A program made the position numbers and the translations under genes. From Paludibacteraceae bacterium (GTDB taxonomy: Bacteria; Bacteroidota; Bacteroidia; Bacteroidales; Paludibacteraceae): DNA of 32,000 nt. Location of the stretch: assembly GCA_017630395.1 (NCBI GenBank), contig JAGBVI010000070.1, positions 630 to 32,629 of the forward strand. The letters run 5' to 3'. Below the pieces are notes generated by a model. That model was not told the origin of the DNA. It made no database searches and saw only the letters and a program-made list of their open reading frames with translations. Below, piece by piece: positions 1 to 7,580 of this stretch; within the stretch, counting starts at the first letter, position 1; each line of letters begins with the position of its first letter.

Positions 1-605
1 CATGCCAAATTTTCTTTCTCCCTAAAAAGTTCATCAATCTCTTCGTTTGAGTAATCTTTGTAGGTTTCGTAATGAATCAAGCCTTCTGCAGGTAATCTAT
101 CTTGTTTTTCCGGTGACTCGTCCGGATAGCCTACAGCTAATGTTGTTATGGGAACTACGAATTTAGGCAAATTCAGAACTTTTGCAATCTTGTCCGGATT
201 GTAGGTAGTTGTACCTAAATAACATATTCCAAGCCCTTTTTCTTCGGCAAGCATGGAGAATGTTTGAGCAACCAATAGAGCATCTATACTAGCTGTGATA
301 AAAGATTGAAAGTTGTTATACCCGGGTTCTGCATTTCTTTGTTTACACCACTTGATGAAGCGATTGTAATCTGCACAGAAAGTTATTATCACCGGAGCGT
401 TCATAAAGGCAGGTTGTGAAAAATGGGAAGGAGCCAATTTCTCTTTTTGCTCTTTATCTTTTGTAACAATAATGCTATACAATTGCATGTTTCCGGTTGT
501 AGAAGCGAGGAATGAGTCGCTCAACAATTCATTAATTACTGAATTATCTATATCGTCGGATTTGAATTTTCTAATCGACTTTCTATTTTTCAATATCTCT
601 TTCAT
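1..605 (-). CDS. Nitroreductase family protein. The N-terminus is in the window and the C-terminus runs off the left edge.
   Basis: Not on the ORF track because it runs off the edge. Hand translation of the minus strand from ATG at 605-603 gives MKEILKNRKSIRKFKSDDIDNSVINELLSDSFLASTTGNMQLYSIIVTKDKEQKEKLAPSHFSQPAFMNAPVIITFCADYNRF...GICYLGTTTYN...TLAVGYPDESPEKQDRLP, with no stop down to position 1. The RKSxRxF N-terminus and the overall pattern are typical of nitroreductases. Its ATG overlaps the upstream gene's TGA as ATGA. Confidence 0.8.
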   Translation of the reverse strand, partial: MKEILKNRKSIRKFKSDDIDNSVINELLSDSFLASTTGNMQLYSIIVTKDKEQKEKLAPSHFSQPAFMNAPVIITFCADYNRFIKWCKQRNAEPGYNNFQSFITASIDALLVAQTFSMLAEEKGLGICYLGTTTYNPDKIAKVLNLPKFVVPITTLAVGYPDESPEKQDRLPAEGLIHYETYKDYSNEEIDELFREKENLA

Positions 606-2635
606 TTTTGATAATTATTTAATCCCTTTTTAAGGAATTTGATAAAATCTAAACTATTTTTAGTGAATCCTACTGGAGGGTTGATAACCTCTCCATTGTT
701 ATTTAATATAACATAAAAAGGTTGAGCATTTGCTCCAAACTTATGACGTTGAAGGTAGCTCCATTTTTCTCCGATTGTACGTATTTTTTTCTCTTTCCCA
801 TTTTCTGTAATAATCATAGGTTTTGCTAATTTTCGTTTATCATCAACATAAAGAGAGATAAGTACATAGTCGTTATTCAGTAAACTTGATACTTCCGGAT
901 TATTCCATATTTTGGCTTCCATTTCTCTACAGTTAACGCAGCCATATCCTGTGAAGTCGACCAATACCGGTTTTTGATGCTCTTTGGCATATTTCATACC
1001 TTCTTCATAGGAGGTGAATTTTGCTTGAGTCTCCTCATATAGATTTAAATCCTGTGTCCACAAAGGTGGTGCGAAAGCGCTAATAGCTTTAAGCGGAGCT
1101 CCAAATAGGCCGGGAACAAGATAAACCATAAATGAAAAGCAAAAACCGGCTGCAAAAATTCGAGGAACAGATATTGTATCTATATCATCATCTCCTTTGA
1201 ATTTTATTTTACCAAGGAGATACAATCCTGCCATTAAGAATATTACAATCCACAATACAATGAATACTTCGCGGTCTAAGATATGCCAACCGTATGCCAA
1301 GTCGGCCACCGACAAAAATTTGAGAGAAAAGGCCAATTCAAAGAAACCGAGAAGGACTTTGACCGTATTGAGCCATCCGCCGGAGCGAGGTAAGTTTTTT
1401 AGCCAACTTGGGAAGAAGGCGAAAAGGGTGAAAGGTCCAGCTAAGGCAATGGCAAATCCCAACATTCCAATGGTTGGAGCCAAAATATTTCCTTCTGTGG
1501 AGACGTGTACCAATAATGTGCCGATAAGGGGCCCGGTGCAAGAAAAGGATACGATTACCAATGTCAGAGCCATAAATAGGATACTAACAAGACCAGATGT
1601 TTTATCGGCTTTATTGTCTAATTTTGTGCTCCATGTTGCAGGTAGTGTCAAATCAAAACCACCAAAGAAAGAAATGGCAAACAGCACCAATAGTGCAAAG
1701 ATAAATAGATTGAAAATCGCATTGGTAGATAGCGCGTTGAGAGCGTCAGCTCCAAACAAAAGGGTTATGAAAATCCCTAAACATAGATAGATAGCGATAA
1801 TGGATAAACCGTATGTAATAGCAGCTTTTTTCCCTTTTTTAGAATCATCTCCATTTTTCAAAAAGAAAGAGACTGTCATAGGAATGATAGGCCATACGCA
1901 AGGAGTGATAATCGCCACTAAACCGCCTAAAAAGCCTATCCAAAAGACAAACCAAAGTGAGTCTTCTTCGGCTGTTAGGGTGTTGTTTCCTTCTGCCAAT
2001 TTATTTAGAGTCTCTATTTGAGGTTCCCACCAATCTGTTTCTGCGCTGATATTCAAGTCGCCCATCGGGAAAAATGCAGTTTGACTTTGAGTTGTATCCG
2101 TGTTGGAATTGTTTTGTTCTTTTTCTGCAACTATTGGGTTGGGTGCAATCACAACTGGTTCTAATGCGACTGTTGATTTATTATGTTTTTCAAAATGAAA
2201 CGCTTCGGAAGTTGGAGGAAGACAAGTGTTGTCATTGCACACCATATACTCGACGTATCCATCAATTTCGTAATTGTTAGGATCTGTTACCTTAATATGT
2301 TGTGAAAATGTTGTTGTCTCTTCATACCATTTCAGGTTCATTTGATAAAGAGGTTCAAATTTTTCAATTGCTTTTTTGTTGGCAGCCACCTTACCAATGA
2401 TCTTTACATTGTTCAATTTTTCGAAATTGAAGGAGGTGGATCTTGGACCATCTTCAGGCAGGTCTTGGTCGTAGATATGCCAACCTTCATCGACAATTGA
2501 TTTAAAGGTAAGTACTGCATCTCCGTCTTTGCCTATTTCCGAACAAGATATCACCCATTTTACAGGTTGATGTATCTGGGAATAGGAAGAAATGGATAGG
2601 AAACAAAGTAGGAAAAATAAGATGCTCTTTTTCAT
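602..2635 (-). CDS. dsbD: Thiol:disulfide interchange protein / protein-disulfide reductase, DsbD family
   Basis: Signal peptide MKKSILFFLLCFLSISSYS. DsbD-alpha-like N-domain (MVCNDNTCLPP). CcdA/DsbD membrane core with ITPCVWP and SFSCTGP cysteines. C-terminal thioredoxin fold with a GYGCVNC CxxC motif. Start trimmed from 2671 to ATG 2635, where the signal peptide begins. Confidence 0.9.
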   Translation of the reverse strand: MKKSILFFLLCFLSISSYSQIHQPVKWVISCSEIGKDGDAVLTFKSIVDEGWHIYDQDLPEDGPRSTSFNFEKLNNVKIIGKVAANKKAIEKFEPLYQMNLKWYEETTTFSQHIKVTDPNNYEIDGYVEYMVCNDNTCLPPTSEAFHFEKHNKSTVALEPVVIAPNPIVAEKEQNNSNTDTTQSQTAFFPMGDLNISAETDWWEPQIETLNKLAEGNNTLTAEEDSLWFVFWIGFLGGLVAIITPCVWPIIPMTVSFFLKNGDDSKKGKKAAITYGLSIIAIYLCLGIFITLLFGADALNALSTNAIFNLFIFALLVLFAISFFGGFDLTLPATWSTKLDNKADKTSGLVSILFMALTLVIVSFSCTGPLIGTLLVHVSTEGNILAPTIGMLGFAIALAGPFTLFAFFPSWLKNLPRSGGWLNTVKVLLGFFELAFSLKFLSVADLAYGWHILDREVFIVLWIVIFLMAGLYLLGKIKFKGDDDIDTISVPRIFAAGFCFSFMVYLVPGLFGAPLKAISAFAPPLWTQDLNLYEETQAKFTSYEEGMKYAKEHQKPVLVDFTGYGCVNCREMEAKIWNNPEVSSLLNNDYVLISLYVDDKRKLAKPMIITENGKEKKIRTIGEKWSYLQRHKFGANAQPFYVILNNNGEVINPPVGFTKNSLDFIKFLKKGLNNYQK

Positions 2636-2649
2636 GATGTTTTGTTGGA

Positions 2650-2952
2650 TTATAATGAATAATCGACGCAAGAACGACTTGCTAAAATTGGGCGGATTAA
2701 ATCTTTTGAAACTTGAACATGATCCGGATGGGTTGCATATTCTTTCAACTTATCCATGCTGTCATGTGTGGATGTCAGGGATAAATCAAATTGTTCGTTG
2801 GGGTTTTCGTTGATACCAATTTCAATTGAATTGAGAGCTTCAACTTTATCCAATAAATTTAACAATGCATCTTTGATTTCGTTTAATTTTTCTTTTTTTT
2901 CAACTTCTGATGAGAAGTCGTTGAATTTAAATAATACAATGTGCTTTACCAT
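2650..2952 (-). CDS. Dabb (stress-responsive alpha/beta-barrel) domain protein
   Basis: MVKHIVLFKFNDFSSEVEKKEKLNEIKDALLNL...EYATHPDHVQVSKDLIRPIL is the usual Dabb-family pattern at about 100 aa. The ORF-track start at 2973 is a TTG that coincides with a promoter-like box, so I moved the start to ATG 2952. Confidence 0.8.
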   Translation of the reverse strand: MVKHIVLFKFNDFSSEVEKKEKLNEIKDALLNLLDKVEALNSIEIGINENPNEQFDLSLTSTHDSMDKLKEYATHPDHVQVSKDLIRPILASRSCVDYSL

Positions 2953-2970
2953 AATAATTGAAATTTTTTT

Positions 2971-2978
2971 CAAAGATA
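2971..2978 (-). promoter_or_regulatory. Candidate Bacteroides-type -7 box (TAtcTTTG on the minus strand) for the Dabb-dsbD-nitroreductase operon
   Basis: The plus strand reads CAAAGATA, which is TATCTTTG (TAnnTTTG) on the minus strand, 19 nt upstream of ATG 2952. No clear -33 TTTG. Confidence 0.3.
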
Positions 2979-3164
2979 CAATTTATGGTGAATATAAGAA
3001 ATCATTAGTTCGTTATTTTTTCTCCCGAAGCGGTAATATGGCTTCTAAATTCCCCTATCTTCAATGCTCAAATTTATATTTCTTGGTGGCTGCTCATTCT
3101 ATTAGGCTACTTATATTACAAATATGATACCCCCGATTTTGTAATCACCCTTATCAGCCTATTG

Positions 3165-3584
3165 TTAATCGTGAACCTTCTGTTGACAATCTGGGCAGAA
3201 TCCTTTTATCAAGAAAGATTGTTCCAATATAGAATAACCCTTGGGTATTTCTATGTTGGGAGAGATGATTGCATTTAAACAGACTGTTTTATGACATTTT
3301 ATACAAGTAAAATGAACAAATGAACTTTGAGCAAGAGAATAGTTATGTGTGCATCGGCAATATTTTCGGCACCCGCTTCCATCTTCAATTTCGTGAATAA
3401 TACCTTTTTCGGCAAATAATGTCAATGCTCTGAATATGGTGGATTTATCTACCGTGTCTAATAGATTTTCCAAATCGTTCAACGATAGGGGAGCTCCATT
3501 GTTTTCGATTGCTTTCAACACCAATAATCTTGTAGCTGTGGGTTGAATATTTTTTTCAATCAATATATTTTCTGTTTTGTTCAT
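3165..3584 (-). CDS. Fur-family metalloregulator (Zur-like by context, Cys-rich sensor region)
   Basis: Winged-helix N-domain (TATRLLVLKAIENNGAPLSLNDLENLL...STIFRALTLFAEKGIIHEI). Two CxxC pairs (FTCIKCHK, FCPDCQQ) typical of the Fur structural Zn site. Lies 26 nt downstream of the CDF gene on the same strand. Confidence 0.85.
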   Translation of the reverse strand: MNKTENILIEKNIQPTATRLLVLKAIENNGAPLSLNDLENLLDTVDKSTIFRALTLFAEKGIIHEIEDGSGCRKYCRCTHNYSLAQSSFVHFTCIKCHKTVCLNAIISPNIEIPKGYSILEQSFLIKGFCPDCQQKVHD

Positions 3585-3609
3585 GCTGCAAAGTTACTAT
3601 TTTTACCTT

Positions 3610-4233
3610 TTATTGCAGTTCTTTTTTTGCGGATAACAACAAACGAAATGCCGGAACTGCAATGATAATTGTAATAAGAAGACTTATAAACCCATCAATA
3701 ATGTTATACCCTGTGATAGCTATAATCAATCCGGAGAGCAGTACACCAACGGAGACAAGAGCATCTGTTGCGGCGTGTAGGTAAGCGGCTTTGATGTTTG
3801 TGTTTTTATTGCTTCCTTTTAGTAATATGGCTGCGGTTACCCCGTTGATGATGATTGCAATGGCAGACGTGATTATGACTGCAAATCCATTGACCAATGT
3901 TGGATAAATAATTTTTTGAATACTCTCTATCCCGATGATGATTACGGCAACAACCAGTAGCAGAGCATTGAGCAGAGTGACATAGCTTGCAATTTTAGCT
4001 CCCTCTCTATGAGCGGATTGTGCAAGAATAATTCCAAGGAGTGCGAGAACCAATCCCAAGACATCACTTAAGTTATGTCCTGCGTCAGACAACAGTCCGA
4101 TGGAGTTGTAGAGATAGCCTGCACCTGCTTCAATTATCACAAATGCCAAGTTGATTATCAAACAGATGATAATTTGTTTTTTTTGTTGTTGTGGGTCATC
4201 CGCTATGGGATGATGATGGTGATGATGATGCAT
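3610..4233 (-). CDS. Cation diffusion facilitator (CDF) family divalent-metal efflux protein, membrane domain only
   Basis: MHHHHHHHPIADD... is followed by six hydrophobic segments. The CDF signature is present around IIEAGAGYLYNSIGLLSDAGHNLSDV and AAYLHAATDALVSVGVL (the HD/xD metal site A). The ORF-track start at 4257 is a TTG inside a promoter-like box, so I used ATG 4233. Confidence 0.85.
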   Translation of the reverse strand: MHHHHHHHPIADDPQQQKKQIIICLIINLAFVIIEAGAGYLYNSIGLLSDAGHNLSDVLGLVLALLGIILAQSAHREGAKIASYVTLLNALLLVVAVIIIGIESIQKIIYPTLVNGFAVIITSAIAIIINGVTAAILLKGSNKNTNIKAAYLHAATDALVSVGVLLSGLIIAITGYNIIDGFISLLITIIIAVPAFRLLLSAKKELQ

Positions 4234-4254
4234 AATTTTAAAATTTTGTTTCTG

Positions 4255-4262
4255 CAAAGGTA
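4255..4262 (-). promoter_or_regulatory. Candidate -7 box (TAccTTTG on the minus strand) for the CDF-Fur operon
   Basis: The plus strand reads CAAAGGTA at 4255-4262, 22 nt upstream of ATG 4233. Two self-complementary TTGCAA hexamers (4274-4279 and 4285-4290) sit just upstream. Confidence 0.35.
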
Positions 4263-4342
4263 ATCATGCCGCGTTGCAAATGAGTTGCAATATTATGTGA
4301 GGGCGAATTGTATATCGATGGATGAGGTCATAAAGAGAGCAT

Positions 4343-4373
4343 TTTGTATTTTTCTGAAAGAGTTATATATTTG
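4343..4373 (+). promoter_or_regulatory. Bacteroides-type promoter (-33 TTTG, 19-nt spacer, -7 TATATTTG) for the HExxH protein gene
   Basis: TTTG at 4343-4346 and TATATTTG at 4366-4373 match the TTTG-N19-21-TAnnTTTG consensus. This implies a leader of about 125 nt before ATG 4502. Confidence 0.5.
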
Positions 4374-4501
4374 CAAGTTAGTATTTTCAATGAATAGGTG
4401 TGTGATTTGGTTCTCATGATAAGTTCTGTAAATCAGGAAGGAAGTTTGAACAATAAGTGGGAGTTTGATGAGATAGGATAGGAAGTAAAATTTTTTATAA
4501 T

Positions 4502-6580
4502 ATGAAGATTAAAATTTTTATTGCAGGTTTATTGGCTCTATTTTTCGGGGAAAATTTATTAGCGCAAAAGGAGATTTATATCCCCAATCAGATGTATGAA
4601 GAGGGGTATAGTGAAACAGACGAATCTCAACAATGGTGCAAAATAAGAAGTAGAGAGAGTGAAAATATCATTGTGTTTTGGGCTAATGGGTATGGGCAAA
4701 ATGACCCTAATTCTGGTTCGGTGCCGTCTGAATATAGGGTGGATGTTGATGATTTATTGAAAAAGTTGGAAAGTTTTTACGACCTATATATCCATCAATT
4801 AAAGTTTGCAGAAGTGGGAGTGGGGAAATCCAATTTAGACAAGTATAAGATGATTATATGTCTTTATTATACAACTGATTGGATGGCGTATGGTTCCGGG
4901 TTTGATGATTTGATAGGTGGTATGTGGATTAGTCCGAGTACATGTCATCCTGTAGGTTCAACAATTGCGCATGAGATGGGACATAGTTTTCAGTATCAAT
5001 GTTATTGTGATTTAAAAGGTTATGCAGGCTTTCGATATGAGGTAGGACAGGGCAATGGGTATTGGGAGCAGACTGCTCAGTGGCAATCTTTTCAAGCCTA
5101 TCCGGAACAAGCATTCACCACCTACGATTTTTCTGTATATAAGCAAAATCACCACAGAGCATTCACGCATGAGTGGCAACGCTATGCCAGTTACTTTTTT
5201 CACTATTACCAGGTTGATAAACATGGCAGAGATATTATTGGACGTATTTGGAGGGGTAATACGGTGAAGGGGGCGGATGCGAATCAAGTTTATATGAATA
5301 TTACCGGTTTGTCTGATTATGAGTTTTATGCAGAATGTTATGATGCGGCAGCCAAGTTTGCCACTTGGGATTTGGATGAGATTAGAGATTACGGTAAAAA
5401 ATACATAGGAAGTCAACAATACAATTACATTGATTTAGGAAACGGGAAATTGCAGGTGGCCTATTCAAGCACGCCACAGAGTACCGGTTACAATGTCATA
5501 CCTTTGCAATTGCCGTTTGAAGGGAACGAGGTTGCAACAATTTTTACGGCTCTTCCGGACGGTGAACCTTTGGCTGAGGGAGATCCGGGAATTTGCAATA
5601 AGAAAGATGATGGATCTTTTGAAACCACCACCAAGTATAACACTTTTGATGGGGCAAGCAAGCGTGGTTTCCGCTTAGGATATGTGGCCCTTTTGACGAA
5701 TGGAGAGCGTGTGTATCACTCCTTGGATACTGTTTATTCTTTGGGCAATAATTGGCAGAGTGATACTTTGCGTTTTGCTGTTCCGGAAGGGGCAGAGCGG
5801 ATGTGGTTTATTGTTTCGCCTGCTCCGGCATCCTATATCGTACACAAGTGGGATGAGCAGGAACTGAATGACGACCAGTGGCCTTATCAACTTCAATTTG
5901 AGAATACAGATATTGTGGGACATGTGAATATTGGAGATCCGGATGGCGAGATTTCAGACACTACTCTTCATTTAAATGTGAGATTTGAGCTTAGTGCAAC
6001 AGAACATTCCGGAGCAACAGTTGCCATTTCCTCTGCCAATTTAGAGGCTTTAGGAGTGGCATTTAAGTTGCAACCCAAAGAGATTGCAGCCTTAATGAAA
6101 CAGTGGAGTCAATCTCCTACAGACAATACAATTACGCTATGGGCAATAGACCCTACTACCGGCGAATTGCAATCGTCCGGTTCTACAGCCAATGGTTATG
6201 GTCATTGGTTTGATGAATCCGGAAAGGTCAATAGTTATTACAATAGTATTGTCTATTCCGAATTTGATGCTTCTGCCTTAACCTTTACCGTAGGACAATT
6301 CCCGGGAAAACTGACTGATGGTCAAAAAATTAGTTTTGGTCAGGCTCTTGTTTATCAAAAAGAGGGAAAGAGAGCGGTTGCGAGAATAATTTTCCATGTG
6401 ATAGTAGGTACAGAGACAACAACACATATCCAGACGGTTCGTTCTGAAGAGAAGAGAGTTGATGTCTATAATCTGCAAGGAGTGGAGCTTTATCGCAACG
6501 TATATCGTTCTACTATTCAAGCACGACTAAGAGAGGGATTGTATCTGATCGGTGGAGAAAAAATTTATATTTACAAGTGA
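4502..6580 (+). CDS. Secreted putative zinc metallopeptidase-like protein (HExxH) with a probable T9SS C-terminal sorting domain
   Basis: Signal peptide MKIKIFIAGLLALFFGENLLAQ. HExxH motif in STIAHEMGHSFQYQ. The C-terminus VDVYNLQGVELYRNVYRSTIQARLREGLYLIGGEKIYIYK resembles a T9SS CTD. The overall layout resembles Bacteroidetes DUF6055/DUF4859-type proteins; that is recalled from memory and not verified. Confidence 0.75.
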   Translation: MKIKIFIAGLLALFFGENLLAQKEIYIPNQMYEEGYSETDESQQWCKIRSRESENIIVFWANGYGQNDPNSGSVPSEYRVDVDDLLKKLESFYDLYIHQLKFAEVGVGKSNLDKYKMIICLYYTTDWMAYGSGFDDLIGGMWISPSTCHPVGSTIAHEMGHSFQYQCYCDLKGYAGFRYEVGQGNGYWEQTAQWQSFQAYPEQAFTTYDFSVYKQNHHRAFTHEWQRYASYFFHYYQVDKHGRDIIGRIWRGNTVKGADANQVYMNITGLSDYEFYAECYDAAAKFATWDLDEIRDYGKKYIGSQQYNYIDLGNGKLQVAYSSTPQSTGYNVIPLQLPFEGNEVATIFTALPDGEPLAEGDPGICNKKDDGSFETTTKYNTFDGASKRGFRLGYVALLTNGERVYHSLDTVYSLGNNWQSDTLRFAVPEGAERMWFIVSPAPASYIVHKWDEQELNDDQWPYQLQFENTDIVGHVNIGDPDGEISDTTLHLNVRFELSATEHSGATVAISSANLEALGVAFKLQPKEIAALMKQWSQSPTDNTITLWAIDPTTGELQSSGSTANGYGHWFDESGKVNSYYNSIVYSEFDASALTFTVGQFPGKLTDGQKISFGQALVYQKEGKRAVARIIFHVIVGTETTTHIQTVRSEEKRVDVYNLQGVELYRNVYRSTIQARLREGLYLIGGEKIYIYK

Positions 6581-6582
6581 TT

Positions 6583-7133
6583 ATGACAGAAAAGGAGAAG
6601 TTGTTGCATGGCGAATTGTATGACGCAAATTATGACAAGGAGCTTATAGAAGAGCGGCTACGTTGTAAAATAGAGTGTCAAAAATATAATACGTTACCCT
6701 ATAATTCTGAAGAACGTAAAAATATATTGGCATCTATCTTGGGTTCATTTGGAAAAGAGTTTACCATTGAACCCTCTTTTTGGTGTGATTATGGTTATAA
6801 TATTCATTTAGGCGAAAATTTTTACTCTAATCATAACTTGGTTATTTTGGATGGTGCTCCTGTACGTTTTGGGAATAATGTATTTGTTGCTCCTAATTGT
6901 GGATTTTATACAGCCGGACATCTTGTTAATGCGGAAGAGAGGAATAAAGGGTTGGAGTATGCACGCTCTATAACTATTGGCAATGATGTGTGGATAGGTG
7001 CGGGCGTGCAAGTAATGCCCGGAGTGAACATTGGTAACAATGTTGTGATTGGAGGGGGAGTGTAGTGGTAAAAGATATTCTGGATAACTCTGTGGCAGTG
7101 GGTAATCCTTGCAAAGTGATTAGAAAGATTTAG
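6583..7133 (+). pseudogene. maa: Maltose/galactoside O-acetyltransferase (hexapeptide-repeat, Maa/LacA family) with a frameshift in a G5 tract
   Basis: MTEKEKLLHGELYDANYDKELIEERLRCKIECQKYN...NCGFYTAGH...IGNDVWIGAGVQVMPGVNIGNNVVIGGG is the Maa/LacA pattern. The frame stops at TAG 7063-7065. The +2 frame from 7059 continues SVVVKDILDNSVAVGNPCKVIRKI* and ends at 7133, which is the canonical family C-terminus. The frame change falls at GGGGG 7054-7058. ATG 6583 is preferred to the GTG at 6577. Confidence 0.8.
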
Positions 7134-7137
7134 AACC

Positions 7138-7194
7138 TGTTTAAATTTTATTATTATATTGTTTTTAAGTTTTAGAAGTTGTTTAAATTTTATT
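7138..7194. repeat. 15-bp perfect direct repeat TGTTTAAATTTTATT (7138-7152 and 7180-7194)
   Basis: Read directly from the sequence. A partial inverted copy, TAAAATTTAAA, lies near 7347-7357. Confidence 0.7.
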
Positions 7195-7414
7195 TCGAGC
7201 ATAATTGAGAGAGATTTTTAAGGTTATTTTGATTATTTTTTTGCCGTTAATAGTGGACTATTATCAAAAAAGAATAATAATAGATTAAAAAGAATCTCAA
7301 AGATGCCGAAAATAAGAGAGTGAAACTCTAAAGTGTTTTTTTCAATAAAATTTAAATAGCTTCTTATACATTTCTTGCTCTGTCGCTACAAATTTTCTAC
7401 CACAACTTCTAAAA
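7170..7414. repeat. 13-bp perfect inverted repeat TTTTAGAAGTTGT / ACAACTTCTAAAA (7170-7182 and 7402-7414) flanking about 220 bp
   Basis: Read directly from the sequence. It extends to 16 of 17 matches (7166-7182 against 7402-7418). No obvious target-site duplication. Confidence 0.6.
7248..7263. repeat. 16-bp palindrome TAATAGT-GG-ACTATTA
   Basis: Read directly from the sequence. The arms are 7 bp. Confidence 0.5.
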
Positions 7415-7453
7415 GTTTATTGTGAAATATATTATGATTATTAAAACGAATAT

Positions 7454-7496
7454 AATATTATCATGGAAATAATGATAATATTTAACCTATAGGTTA
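7454..7496. repeat. 11-bp inverted repeat AATATTATCAT-N7-ATGATAATATT (7454-7482), immediately followed by the 14-bp perfect palindrome TAACCTATAGGTTA (7483-7496)
   Basis: Read directly from the sequence. It overlaps a 12-codon mini-ORF at 7434-7472 (MIIKTNIILSWK). Confidence 0.6.
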
Positions 7497-7580
7497 GAAT
7501 ATTTTGATATTCCGGAGGATCTTTCCACGTATGTAGGTTATTTTGCTGTTCTATTTCATAATCAAAATCATCCGCATAAA

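Noticed and set aside
1197-1790. A 197-aa plus-strand ORF antisense to dsbD. Similar long antisense ORFs occur at 5012-5419, 9934-10365, 12996-13352, 20670-21155, 22635-23072 and 31061-31480.
   Set aside because: Each lies entirely inside a strongly supported gene on the opposite strand. Their composition is odd (Arg/Ser/Pro/Lys-rich or low-complexity). None has a promoter box or a recognisable motif. Long antisense ORFs like these are a common by-product of real genes.
3115-3145. An 8-bp AT-rich stem (ATTACAAA/TTTGTAAT) downstream of the first Fur-family gene, considered as a terminator.
   Set aside because: The stem is weak, the loop is 15 nt and no U-run follows on the minus strand. That is not enough support to call a terminator.
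4207-4233. MHHHHHHH at the CDF N-terminus looked like an engineered His-tag, which would suggest vector sequence.
   Set aside because: The codons are mixed CAT/CAC. The context is a native promoter and operon. His-rich N-termini are common in natural CDF transporters. No vector-like sequence flanks it.
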